A stretch of 64,000 nt of DNA, from the NCBI RefSeq assembly GCF_039555335.1, contig NC_092633.1:21164334-21228333 (forward strand), read 5' to 3'. This DNA comes from Amphiura filiformis. Lineage: Eukaryota. Of the stretch, positions 38,086 through 49,672 are shown piece by piece. Both the position numbers and the translations under genes were made by a program. Position 1 is the stretch's first letter; each line of letters starts with the position of its first letter. The notes beneath the pieces are model-generated. The model ran no database searches. It was not told the DNA's origin and saw only the letters and a program-made list of their open reading frames with translations.

Positions 38086-38807
38086 GTTAGAAAACAAATC
38101 TCACTTTAAACAGGTAGCCCCATCTGGCCAGTTCTCCACAGAAGAACTGACAATACACCTGTTACTTTGATGACAGGCAGAACAGAATTTATATGGATAA
38201 ATTTTAACCTTGACGAATTCCACAAGGAACTTGAACCAAAAGTGGGGCTTTCACTTTAAATCACATTAGGGACACAAGCTTGCACATTCAACATCAACCT
38301 GGATTTTATGTAACTACGTTCTTATTGCTCAGTTGTGATTATGATGCAGATGTAATATACGGTCCTAGTAAGTTGAAAATGAGAGCGGTCATTTGATGAG
38401 AAATAAACCCCCCCCCACACACACACACCCACCCACCCAACACACACACACATCACAAAATGGTATTTGGGAGATGTTTTTAATGTGCTTAGTTGGCAAA
38501 CGTTGGCTGCAACTTGCAAATGGTCAAATTAGTCATGAAAATGTCTCAAGTAGACCTTTTTTCTGACAGTTAGGAAAGAAATTTTGCGATAAAAAACACA
38601 AGCAAACAAAATCATTTGTTGAGGGATATATTCTAAAATAGTGTAATATTATGATTTTATGATTTGTAGAGGGGTCATCTCTGGATTGGATGGCTAGAAA
38701 AGGGAGTCGTTATAACCACACAAAGATAACTAAATAATACATAGTGATATCAAGAAGTGGCCACATAATATTTAATTAATATCGATCATTTATTATATTT
38801 CAAACAG

Positions 38808-39019
38808 AACTCTGCCAAAATCATCCGAGCCTCCGTGTTTGGCCTAGATGACAAGATGAAAGTGCGTGACAGGTTTCTGTTCCCTCAGAATAACCTAGTG
38901 TTCACCAGCATTGATATCCAGTCTGTGGAACCAGTGGACCAGAGAACCAGAGATTCCTTGCAGAAGTCTGTGCAGCTTGCCATTGAGATCACAACCAACT
39001 CTCAGGAAGCTGCTGCAAG
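38808..39019 (+). CDS. MVP: MVP exon 11 ([70 protein letters not shown]+AG)
   Basis: Acceptor 'atatttcaaacag|AAC', donor 'GCAAG|gtaactag' (exon end phase 2). Position is anchored to ORF 38835-39023. It matches human NSARIIRTAVFGF...[48 protein letters not shown]. Confidence 0.9.
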
Positions 39020-39732
39020 GTAACTAGTGACATGGAAATGAACTAGTCTACATTAAACCATGGTGTATGGTGCATTTGCCATTTTGAACATTTCCTCTTT
39101 TTGAGGAATGATTAAATACCTTTTGGTGGAAGAGTGACAATGAATGATACATTTGTTTTAAATTTAGTTGAGCTTGAATTTCTGGAATCACTGGTCGGGC
39201 CGGTGAAACCCCCGTCGCTATACCAGTCGGTGATCATGTGGTTGGCACCGGATTATAGAAAGCATCAATACTTTTCTAGATATTGATAATTTTGTAAATG
39301 ATACCTTGATATTTTTTTTCCCAAATTGCTATTCTGAGTAATGGGCCAATTAGTTTTCTACCTTACACAGGATAGTATAGGGATTATCATAGTTCAACTG
39401 TTATTTATTGATTAAATAAACCCCTTTTTTAATAAGTACTAGGATTTGAAAGTCCACTTAGTCCCACAGTCAGATACCATGAAATTAAGAATTCCAAAAT
39501 TCATTTTTTTAAGGGAATGTCATCTTTAAAGGCCTATAGAACTCAAAAACATGTCTGGCGACTTGTTCCGGGTTCTGTTGGAGCTGGTCACATATTGTAT
39601 TCTGAATGCATGTAATTTGACAGAACACTAAGTTCAGTGGCCTGAATAGGAGATTGTTAAAGAGATTCTTCTTAAAACACCTGTTGGTAAAATAAAACTA
39701 TATTTCTGATACACATTATTTCTTATAAACAG

Positions 39733-39976
39733 ACATGAAGCAGAGCGTCTTGAACAGGAGGCGAAGGGTCGTCTTGAACGTCAGAAGATTATTGATGAAG
39801 CAGAGGCAGAGAAAGCTCGTAAAGAGCTCCTGGAACTGCAGGCCAACAGTGCAGCTGTTGAGAGTACTGGTCAAGCTAAGGCAGAGGCCCAGTCTCGTGC
39901 GGAGGCAGCCCGTATTGAAGGTGAAGCAGCAGTAGAACAAGCCAAGCTTAAGGCTGAGGCTAGCAAGATTGATGCT
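39733..39976 (+). CDS. MVP: MVP exon 12 ((R)[81 protein letters not shown]), start of the cap-helix coiled coil
   Basis: Acceptor 'tcttataaacag|A', donor 'GATGCT|gtaagttg'. ORF 39735-39935 is the +1 frame of this exon and is an artefact. It matches human [65 protein letters not shown]. Confidence 0.9.
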
Positions 39977-40377
39977 GTAAGTTGCAGATTAATTCTTATT
40001 GATAGTGAACGTATCTTCTTAACACTAAATTGTTTACAGATACTCATTAAAGCCTCAACCTGACTATTGGTTACCAAATAAGGAAGAATGGAAATGTAAA
40101 GAGTCATTTTTAAACCCTGAACTGAAATCAATTATATTCCATCATTTTTAACATCTTAGATCATGACATGTGAAAACTACCATGTGGAACATAAATATTA
40201 TTAATCCTACCAGTTTACAGTTTGACAGGGCCCCATCCAGATCTTGTAAATTAATCTCCTTTCATGAATACTAATGATTTAGTTTTTTGCCTTTACCTAT
40301 CTGTGACTAAATCTAGCCTTGCCATAATTGAGTCTCTTTTTCATTGACTGAATCTCGAAATCATATTTTTTATTCAG

Positions 40378-40566
40378 GAATCTGAGCTGGAGCGCCTAAC
40401 CAGAGCTAGGGAAGCTGAAACCAAATATGTCAGGGAACAGAATGAGTTGGAGATCTCTAAGTCCAAGGATATGTCTGAAATTGAGACACAGAAATTCAAG
40501 AACATGGTGACTTCGATTGGAGCTGACACCATTAAGGCCATCGCTATGTCAGGACCAGAGATGCAG
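40378..40566 (+). CDS. MVP: MVP exon 13 (ESELERLTRAREAETKYVREQNELEISKSKDMSEIETQKFKNMVTSIGADTIKAIAMSGPEMQ)
   Basis: Acceptor 'ttttttattcag|GAA', donor 'ATGCAG|gtaggttt'. It spans 63 codons and matches human ...[26 protein letters not shown]. Confidence 0.9.
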
Positions 40567-40589
40567 GTAGGTTTCCATATTGATAATAT

Positions 40590-40960
40590 TAGTGTAGTGT
40601 TACATGTAGGTAATTAATGTTTTCATGCATGCAAAACAATTGAAATTCCCTTACACAGGAAGGTGTGCGCCATCCTGCGCTTTCCTGTGCTAGCCTTCTT
40701 TTGTTAAAATCCTGGGCAGGGTGTATCACTGATGCATATAATCCATCCGTTTTATGACCGAGCTTTCCTGAGGCGCGCGCTTCTTTCTGTGTGAAAACGT
40801 GGTAGGGTATTTCAATATGAGCCCTTATATACCTGGGTAGAGAGTAGGAGAGGTAAAGCACCTTACTCATGGGTACAGCACATATGGCCAAAGCGGGACT
40901 TGAACCCACAATCTCACGATCATGAGGCCTCTGCTCTACCCTGGACCACATATTGTAGAC
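40590..40960 (-). mobile_element. tRNA-derived SINE in MVP intron 13
   Basis: The minus strand reads 'GTGGTCCAGGGTAGAGCAGAGGCCTCATGATCGTGAGATTGTGGGTTCAAGTCCCGC...'. ORF 40589-40951 ('VEQRPHDREIVGSSPALA...') is the typical spurious translation. Confidence 0.5.
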
Positions 40961-41092
40961 CTGAAATCTTGCTTCATTATTGCTTTATGAAAATTTCTAA
41001 GAGACAATTAGGAGACCATTATAAGTAAAACACATTTGCAAAGTTATAAATTCACTTTAACAGTTTTATTGTAATCATTTTATCTTATCCAG

Positions 41093-41242
41093 GTGAAACT
41101 TCTGAAGTCTTTGGGCCTCAAGTCAACATTGATTACAGATGGTTCCAATCCCATCAACCTGTTCAACACAGCTTCTGGTCTCATTGGAGGTATTCCTGCT
41201 GTGACCTCCAAACCTGGTCCAGATGACAGTGATGAAGAGTAA
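41093..41242 (+). CDS. MVP: MVP exon 14, terminal ([49 protein letters not shown]), TAA stop at 41240-41242
   Basis: Acceptor 'ttatcttatccag|GTG'. It matches human [32 protein letters not shown]. The acidic tail is short, and no canonical AATAAA was found within about 600 bp downstream. Confidence 0.9.
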   Translation: MKLLKSLGLKSTLITDGSNPINLFNTASGLIGGIPAVTSKPGPDDSDEE

Positions 41243-42009
41243 ACACATTATAAGAAACAACCCACCTTCTGATAAACTCTGTGTTCATATATATTTTTTT
41301 CTTCAGAATATCAGATATGCAGTTGCTTAATAGATGCTTCAGTATAATGATAAATGTGTAGGCATATAATAGTATTGCTATGTGTAAATTGTCACAATTA
41401 CTCATAGTGGATAGTAAGTGCCTTTGAATTTTGTTTCTCAATTTGTGTGATTTTGAAATGGTGTGCCAATAAGTCCTATACATTGGTGTATGGAGGACTG
41501 TCAGTATCTAGGGTGCCAATTATCAGTTAAACTGAAGTTAATTGTACAGTTTAATAAGCATGTTTTGATCAATATAATTGATAGCTGAATGCAATAACAA
41601 CAACAAGCATAACTCCTACTGTGTATTTTTCATGCATGAATACTGAAGAGAATTTCTTAACAGAAACTATGGAACCTTTGGCAAGGCTCTATGATTGAAC
41701 CATATCATACCATGCATCTGTATCAAGTTTCTTAAAGGTATACACACACCAGTGATACAAAGGAGAAAACACATATTTAGCATCAAGTGTCCGAACATTT
41801 ACATTATGCCAAATATGTAAATATAGCAATAAGTGAGGAAATTGGTGAACAGATTTTGTGAAAAATATGCCGGGAAAATGTTTATTTATAACACACAGGT
41901 TAAAAAAAAAGCTGTGTAAATTGGTTTTCTATACATTAGATATTGTGTCTCAGAACCAGTTCATCTATATTAACTAAGGTATATGTACTATATTTTTCAT
42001 ATCTTAAGA

Positions 42010-42190
42010 GAATATTATACAAATAATGAATGTTTATGAGTGCAATGGTAAGAATATTTTCATGAGTTGAAAAATGGAATGTTCCATTCAACGAAGCGAA
42101 GCTGAGTTGAATGGAACATTCCATTTTTCAACGAATGAAAATATTCTTACCATTGCACTCATAAACATTCATTATTTGTTTTATATAACA
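42010..42190. repeat. Hairpin MITE of about 180 bp with near-perfect arms
   Basis: '...tgagtgcaatggtaagaatattttcatgagttgaaaaatggaatgttccattcaacgaagcg' is mirrored across a centre near 42100. Confidence 0.7.
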
Positions 42191-42191
42191 T

Positions 42192-42798
42192 CTAAGTAGA
42201 CCTTTGTCATTTGATTGGTTGATTGTAATGGCCTCGCACGAGACGAGTTTAAAAAAAATCATACGAATCGTATAGACGAGTAGGCCCTTTTTTAGCAAAT
42301 TTATCACCAAAAAATAAGCCAATCAACATGTTCAAAATATTATAATAAGGGCCTATTATTATCAGGCTTTTCCTATGCGGTAAAATGAAATTTAAGCTTA
42401 CCTAGCCACAGGCATGCTGGGCCTAACCTATGCGTGTTGTAAGCTTACCTTTTCACTTTGTTTTCTACTTTCCCCAACGAAAAAGGCATATTCACAGCTT
42501 TATTTGTAGATGTGGATTATATTTCTTACGGTTATTCATCATCCAGAATTGCCACAAAATAAGTGTGTTGTTTTAAAAATCTCCGTAACCGGTATGGCCG
42601 ATCGGACTGAAAAAACATGCAATTCTCTAGCCATGCAATAGAACGTATGGAATATAACAAAATGCACGGTGCATATAACGAAAAAAACACGAAGCATATA
42701 ACCAAATTCCACGGTAGTGACGTAGGTCGTAAAATAGTTTATTTATTGAATGACATGTGACCAACAATCGACCAATCAAATGGCAAGGATCTACTTAG
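42192..42798. mobile_element. TIR element of about 600 bp
   Basis: 'CTAAGTAGACCTTTGTCATTTGATTGGTTGATTGT' is the reverse complement of 'GACATGTGACCAACAATCGACCAATCAAATGGCAAGGATCTACTTAG'. Flanking 'ttatataaca' occurs at both ends in inverted sense. Confidence 0.55.
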
Positions 42799-43423
42799 GT
42801 GTTATATAAATTAAAATAATATATAATATAGATTGTATATTCAATTAGGTGTTTTGTGAAGTGTTTTGAATTCAAAGAAGTACCGATAAGTGTACTAAAA
42901 TAATTATATAATAGAGCATATATTTCAGATATTTGAAAATATATTCATAAATCATGTAAGTGTATTTTGTTATTAGATGTTTTATATTTTGAAGAGGAAA
43001 GTTTGCATTTTGCAAATACTGAACTTAACATTGAATCCAGCTTATATGTATATAATTATCATGTTCTCAATCTGGTTTATAAACTATTGTCATATTTGAA
43101 GGCATGGTCAAACCATTAGTGGCACTAGTTTTTCTTTTAAAGAACTCAAATTTAAAGGGGGGTAACCCTATTGGTTTTGGATATGGATTGTCTTTAAAAT
43201 TACATAATAATATCAAATATCTCCCCCTTTATGCTGCTTTGTGAAAAAACGAGAGCATTTTCAGCGTAAATGTGAATAAATAGCCAAATTTGCAATCCAA
43301 TACCTTGTATACGTGAATTGCATTCTGGGTAGGCATGCAACAACAACAATTCCCGTTAGTATGACGAATGCTGACATGCTGCAATGCCCGGCCCGTATTG
43401 AACGGAAAATATTTGGTTTTTTT

Positions 43424-43625
43424 TTTTTTTTTGTTTTTTCGTACCGTTTCAGAAAAAAAGGAAACAAAATATATTTCCCCTTGCAATATGTACATTTCAA
43501 ATGAATATAAAAAAGTTTGGGTTAAAAATGGAGAGGAAAAAAACCTTCCGATACCGGGTTTTGAACCGGGTACCTCTCGGGTAAAAAGGACGGCGCGCTA
43601 GCCAATTGAGCTATTTCACCAACTG
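43424..43625 (-). mobile_element. SINE with a tRNA-like head (D-arm TAGCTCAATTGGCTA, box B GGTTCAAAACC, CTTTTTA loop) and a poly-A tail (poly-T on +, 43417-43439)
   Basis: The minus strand reads 'TTGGTGAAATAGCTCAATTGGCTAGCGCGCCGTCCTTTTTACCCGAGAGGTACCCGGTTCAAAACCCGGTATCGG'. The acceptor stem is unpaired, so this is a SINE rather than a tRNA gene. Confidence 0.5.
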
Positions 43626-44754
43626 AAATATTCAAGGAATTGTTTTAATTATATACGCCGGACCGTCTCCTCAGCACTTAGCGTAGTCTCCTACACAGCC
43701 AGTTTGCGCCGGTCTGACACTCGTCGATCCTCGTGATAGCCACATACAGTCTGGCAGCGAGACTACACTTAGCGTAGTTCGCTTTTTCTCTTCCCATGAT
43801 CCGAAGAAATTTTTATTGTTTACAAACTGGTAACCTGTAAAACCGCTGTGATTCATGATTTCTCCGAAATACATCGACTTGGAGCGTCAAATTTCAGGAT
43901 AGTAATGAGAAAAATAGTATCTATTATGTGATACCAAAACCTCATCAACAATGAAAAAATCGGGGATGATGCTGTCGATCGGGTTACGGACCTTTAATAA
44001 GATTTGATTGCACTCAAACGTTTTCCATGATATATCCTAAAAATACTGGTCTTACAAATAACAATGTAGTTATTTCCAAAACATGATACCCGGGTTTTCA
44101 ACCTAATTCTGCATATTCACAGAAAATGGTGAAAACTGGTGTATTTATGGGTTCAGTGCTTTGTTATGATCCGTAAAAGTAAACCAATGTCCATTATATC
44201 ATGTTATAGCGTGTATATCAAAAAATCAATAGTAGGATCAAAATTTTCCTTTGTGAAAATATTCTTGTACAGATCAGGTATGGTGTACCAACATATATAT
44301 TCCTGCAGTTGCAGGTAGAATAGAAGTCTTTCATTTGTCTTAAAGATAGTTATATATGTTCTGTTAAATAGTAAGGAAATATTGGCTTGCTCTGAAAAAA
44401 AACTTTAAAAATACAAGAATTATAAACAGATCATGTACTCAAAAACGTTACCAAATACTCTAGTTACTCTGTATATCTAGCGTTTTTCCAAATTTTGTGA
44501 TTAAAAGTAATCCAACAAAATTATGTCAATATAAATTATATAGTTATATACGTCACATACTTGGAGATATGTAAGCCTCCTGGTCACTGGAGAGGCACTG
44601 TATTGAACAGATTGAATGAAATAAAGTTGTCAATGGGACACACAAAATGTACAAGAAGTTTCTATTCTCTGACTCCTCTTCACCTATAAATCATATTCTG
44701 GCTGGGGCAATTACTCCAGATTCCAGAAAAATACAGCACTAATTTGTTATAAAA

Positions 44755-45150
44755 ATATCCTGTTTTGCCAAATGAAACGTGGCTAAATTTAATTTTTGTA
44801 ATTAGTTTGAACTGGCAAAAGTCAAATTTTAATATTTGGATTGTTTTTGGAAACTTTTAGGGTGATTTTTGTATGATGTGACAATCAAGCATAAAGACTT
44901 GTGCAACTATTTATGCGTTCTAATATTTGGATTTTCATTTTCAAATCAATTATCAAAATTAACATCAAATATTAAAATTATGAGCAAAGTCTTAGACTGT
45001 ACTCAAGATTTTGAATCCTTAGATTTGTTCCCAGTCTTTGAATTTTGTGACTGCAATTGTAAAAAAAGTTTCATTTGTACGTTTTGGTCCATTTTCCCTC
45101 ATATTGCAAGGATAAGGATTTAGCTATGTTTCATCTGGCAAAACAGGATA
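44755..45150. mobile_element. MITE of about 400 bp
   Basis: TIR 'ATCCTGTTTTGCCAAATGAAACGTGGCTAAAT' is mirrored by 'ATTTAGCTATGTTTCATCTGGCAAAACAGGAT'. Confidence 0.65.
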
Positions 45151-45559
45151 ATACTTTTTATTTTCATTATTTTTTTTAAATCGGGAGTAGTTATTGGACA
45201 GTAGTACAAACGTGTCCTAACAGGAGCAGGAGGTTCTTGATATAAAAGGCTTAATAACTTAAAAGGTTAGTCATTTCAAATCGCATTTTACAAAGATTTT
45301 ATGTAAAAAATTATTTTCACTTTCTCCCAGCTGACTCGGCACAGTCTTCTAGATCATCCTAGGCCTACCTGGTTTCTTGAGCGAAATCAGGTTGATTAAT
45401 TTGAAAAGTTTTGAGAAACACGGTTGGGTGCTTTGTTGGTCGAGACGCCATATAATCAATTACTTGACAAGTATGCTTGACAAAGGATTTCACTTGGTAT
45501 TAAAGCCTACCTGGATTATTTAAAGTATTTGATTCAGTTTCACACAGGCGAATACTATA

Positions 45560-45850
45560 TAGGAATCAGGGGAAGGTGTGTTCCTGGATCTGCGACTTCC
45601 TCATTGGAAAAATACAACAAAAAACAACCAGACGTTTATTAGGGTGCCCCAGGGATTGATCCTTGGACCAATCTTGTTAACTACATCAACGATCGACTTG
45701 GCGCGAAGTTCAGTCAAAGGGAAATATATTTGCCGACGATACCTATACTGCAGGCATATGGTCAGTGACAACGGTCGCACTAGAATGAAGGAAGACCTAT
45801 AAGCTCTTCAAAAGTAGTCCGAGACATGGTTTCTCAGATTTAATACTAGT
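45560..45850 (+). mobile_element. Degenerate LINE RT fragment
   Basis: ORF 45578-45802 gives 'VPQGLILGPILL' (the GVPQGSVLGPLLF motif), and the +1 frame gives 'IFADDTYTA' (FADD). Confidence 0.55.
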
Positions 45851-46049
45851 ATTAAAGTGCAAACGAATGCACGTAGGCAGCATAAACTAGGGTACTCTTA
45901 TGTTTGGGGTACATATGGCCAGCGTGTGTATTGTCGCTAATGCGATAATGTTTTGAAAAAATGATCTGTATTTCGCAAGAATCATTTCCAAGTTAATATT
46001 TTCTGGTGTAGGTACGCCCGTAATTAGTGAATTTAATTGATAGTCGCTC

Positions 46050-46390
46050 AGCAGGAGATCACAAACATTGATGTTGGAATTGACGTCTGTGGAGTCTGCA
46101 TGGGCATAATTGTTGCGAAGAACACGGGATTCCATAAAACGTTTTACTGTAATTAAATCTTAAGAATAATTTTTCCGCATGATATAATAGTTTCAAAAGA
46201 ATCGGTTTTTGAAAAGACAAACCATGTGAAGTCAAACCATGAACATTGATGTTGGAATTGACGCCTGTGGAGTCTGCATAATTGTTGTGAAGAACACGGG
46301 GTTCCATAAAACGCTTTACTGTAATTAAATCATAAGAATAATTTTTTCCGCATGATTTAATAGTTTCAAAAGAATCGGTTTTTGAAACAC
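46050..46390. repeat. Tandem duplication of about 190 bp, two copies
   Basis: 'aacattgatgttggaattgacg(t/c)ctgtggagtctgcat...ccgcatgat(a/t)taatagtttcaaaagaatcggtttttgaaa' appears twice. ORFs 45887-46135 and 46059-46307 mirror each other. Confidence 0.7.
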
Positions 46391-47339
46391 TGTCAACATT
46401 TTAATGATCAAGATAACATTTCTATCATGCTTGTCTATCAGGTAAACACCTATCAGACAACTGTACATGTATATCATCGTTCTAACAACAACGGCATCGA
46501 ACAGACATTTTTGCGGACGTCTTGGCCTATGATGTAACTTTCAGACCTTAAGTTATATTTGAAACGCAGGTAAGACTCAAGCCTATTTATTTCATATTCG
46601 TAACTGGTTTTTGTTGTTTTTAATTTGATTCATTTGATTAATAAGACTGCCTCTTTTGGCCATATTACAAAGTCAAATCGGCGTTATGGGCATTTTTATC
46701 CGGTTTTCTCCCGATACTTCAGTTTCCCCGCATCTTGCATCTAAACCGGTTCCGGGCGAAAGGGCACCCAGGCAGACACCCTTTCGACACGATAATACTT
46801 TGTTTGCATGGCTTAGGAGCCAGGAAAATTACTGGCTTATTTTGGGTGTCCATTCTATCCGATGTACCCTACTTTAATCTCCCTCGGTATTGATTGGCGT
46901 AACCCGACCTACCCTAAAATTAGGCCCGACCCTAGTATAGAGTTTTTGTTTGTTTGTTTGTTTGTTTGTTTTTTGCAACAAAAAATAAATAAAAACCGAA
47001 ATTTAATTTTAAAAAATGAAGAAAAAAGTTCCAAGGCCTTTATCCAGCTTTAAAAGTAAAAAAATCCCTGCCTACCTTAGTACCCTAATTTTTTATGTTA
47101 CGCCAATCAAACAATTGTTTTAGGCCTAACAGCGATCAAAAACCATCGAAGGAACGGAATCAAAAGTTGCATTTTAATGTTCTAATCAATGGAAAGGACG
47201 GCGAGAGTTGTTCGAGAACGCGTTGTTCGAGACTGTTTTGTATAGGCCTACAAGAGTATCCAATGGAGCAATCTGCAACTTTTGAATTCGTAACTTTAGA
47301 ATTTTAGACATGTCTTTATTTCTTGATAAAGTAGCGCAT

Positions 47340-47510
47340 GTGGCACATACGATGGTCTTGCAGCAAATGAAAAACAAAATTAGCGTGCAAGACTATCGTA
47401 AGTGGCACATACAATAGTCTTGCATGCATTAATTAAAGACTATCGTAAGTGGCACATACGATAGTCTTGCATGCATTAATTAAAATTGCATTGCACGTAC
47501 GATATTTTAT
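47340..47510. repeat. Minisatellite of about 45 bp, three copies (gactatcgtaagtggcacatacgatagtcttgcatgcattaattaaa)
   Basis: Visible directly in the sequence. Confidence 0.7.
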
Positions 47511-47802
47511 TTTATTAATTAAAAATAATTAAGCAATTTTGAAACTTAAAACCTGGTTTAAAATGTGCGTTTTTATATGGCCTTCCATAATTCGTCAAAA
47601 TCTCATTTTGGCCAAAAATGTCACTTACGATAGTGTAGCACTCTGGCGACGATTTGATACTATGTGCTTTGATCTTTTATAATGTTTTTGCTTGTGTCAT
47701 ATATATGCTTGTTATTATTTAAGTTTATCTGTTGTAGCTTAAGGTATTTTATTTGTTCAGCGCCCAGAGGCTATCAGCGTTGGGCGCTATATTAAGTCTC
47801 TC

Positions 47803-47805
<3 letters not shown>

Positions 47806-47878
<73 letters not shown>
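47806..47878. repeat. (ATT)n microsatellite of about 24 units
   Basis: Perfect tta repeats are visible. Confidence 0.95.
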
Positions 47879-48646
47879 TTGTTCTGATAATATTTTTTAC
47901 AGATTTGGTGTTACATATATGAGCAGCTACAATGGCTACAGTACGTTCACTATCAGTGATTGTAATAATCTATCTGAATATTTCTCTGTTGCAATTTACA
48001 CGTGCTCAGTTTTATTGTAAGTATTTTTTGTTTCAAAAAATATTTGTATTTCCTACATAAACATGATAAAAGATAGGCTAGTATGTCATGTATGTGCAAG
48101 CGGTCGTGTTTTTTTTTGGGGGGGGGGGGGGGTTCTGATAACCGGGGACATTGACCCGTTTTACACAAATGTCCAAATTTGTATGTCTCCATCGCGACTG
48201 TTTTTGCAATGTCCGTACGTACGTTTGGTATTTAACCTATCAACCGGGGACTGATTTGTATATCAACAATAGAGGGCGCACTCTCAAATGCATTATTATA
48301 GGCTGTTTGTTGTCAATTGCACATCTTAGCTAAACGGGGATGGTCCTCGGTTGCAGTAACGTCAACGATTGGAGTATAAAGATTCATAGTCCACGTTTGC
48401 CTGAAAACACATACGCACCCCACACCCCACGCACACAAACACAAAGAACGACTGATCTAGAGAAATACAATGTTTAGTCTTGTCAAGCAGCAACAGCTGT
48501 AGCTTCAAACTTATTATCGGAATGGTTTATCAACTACCAGTTCCAAAATTATCCTTTCCAGAATTGTTATCACCACATATTGTAGTAGATCTACTAAATA
48601 CATTCATTCCAGGAGTTTACAAAAACTGACCTTGGGCCTTTTAATA

Positions 48647-49672
48647 GTTTTTCTGACGGCGGAGAACGGTGAACCTAACCCTGTTTAAAATATACTTCAC
48701 AGCAGAATAAATATTAAAACCAACCACGGTAACGTAAATGATGGTTACGTAAATGACAGCATCAAAATGTTTGAGCTATGTTGTAACATTTCCATTAGAA
48801 ATAGATTTGTTCTTTTCCACAAAGTGTTAGTTTTCACTGTCTATATGTCCATTTTCAATTTTGACCAGAACAGACTAGGCAAAACAAACGAAATCGCTAT
48901 TTAATTCCAGCGCATAATATCGCTAATGCGCTCCACTCTGTTTATCGTGACTGAGTTCGTCCTTTTTGATGTGTTATGACCGTGTAACCCCCGGGCAATA
49001 ACCTAAATTGGAATAATTATAATAACGCGGTGAACTACACTATCAGCTACCTTCGACTATATTTTTATAAATACGTATTTGAATAAAACGACTTAATACT
49101 TCTTGTGATTATTGTGATTGAAATATTAGTACGCGTACGCTATTATCCTTATAACCCTGTACGTACACGGCGTGAGGGAAGGTCATAACGCATCAAAAGG
49201 ACCGAACTCAGTCACGATAAACAGAGTGAAGTGCATTACAGTCAGTCTACTCTGAAGTACAAAGTACTGACGCGGACGCACACATTGTGCCGACTTTGAA
49301 GGCACGCATACCTGCAGCAGAGACGCAGCAATACGCACTGTTAACGCGCTGTGTACGCGCGCGTTGTCACTTTGTACTTCAGAGTGGACAAAATGTATAA
49401 ACATTATGCGCTGGAATTAATATCCTTTGTTTTGCCTAATCTGTTTGGGTCAAAATTGAAAATGGACATATCAGACAGTGAAAACTAACACTTTGTGGAA
49501 AAGAAATACAAATCGATTTATAATGAAATGTTACAACATGGCTCAAACATTTTGGTGCTGTCATTTACGTAACCATCATTTACGTTACCGCGATTTGTTT
49601 TAAATGTTTTCTTTTTCTGTGAAGTATATTTTGAACAGGGTTAGGTTCACAGTTCTCCGCCGTCAGAAAAAC
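48647..49672. mobile_element. Long-TIR element of about 1 kb with arms of about 350 bp. The right arm carries a nested copy of the 160-bp palindromic MITE at 49241-49400.
   Basis: 'TTTTTCTGACGGCGGAGAACGGTGAACCTAACCCTGTT' at 48647 is mirrored by 'AACAGGGTTAGGTTCACAGTTCTCCGCCGTCAGAAAAACC' at 49633-49672. The arms are collinear except for the insertion at 'ccactctg|' in the right arm. Confidence 0.65.

Larger units (their letters stand above)
22080..41500 (+). other. MVP: Major vault protein gene locus: about 19 kb, 14 coding exons plus a 5'UTR exon, product about 861 aa
   Basis: The concatenated exons give a continuous protein running from [67 protein letters not shown] to [31 protein letters not shown]. 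It is colinear with vertebrate MVP ([19 protein letters not shown]...[17 protein letters not shown]...VPPRHYC...[22 protein letters not shown]...[14 protein letters not shown]...[30 protein letters not shown]). Confidence 0.93.

Noticed and set aside
39735-39935. Arg/Lys-rich ORF ([20 protein letters not shown]...)
   Set aside because: It is the +1 frame of MVP exon 12. The real frame is given by splice phase and homology.
41243-41900. Polyadenylation signal for MVP
   Set aside because: No canonical AATAAA within about 600 bp of the stop. Only weak variants are present (aataag at about 41479, ttaataagc at about 41551), so it is not annotated.
43544-43625. Possible tRNA-Lys (TTT-containing loop CTTTTTA) on the minus strand
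   Set aside because: The acceptor stem is unpaired, the T-stem has a mismatch, and it is followed by a body and poly-A tail. This is SINE architecture.
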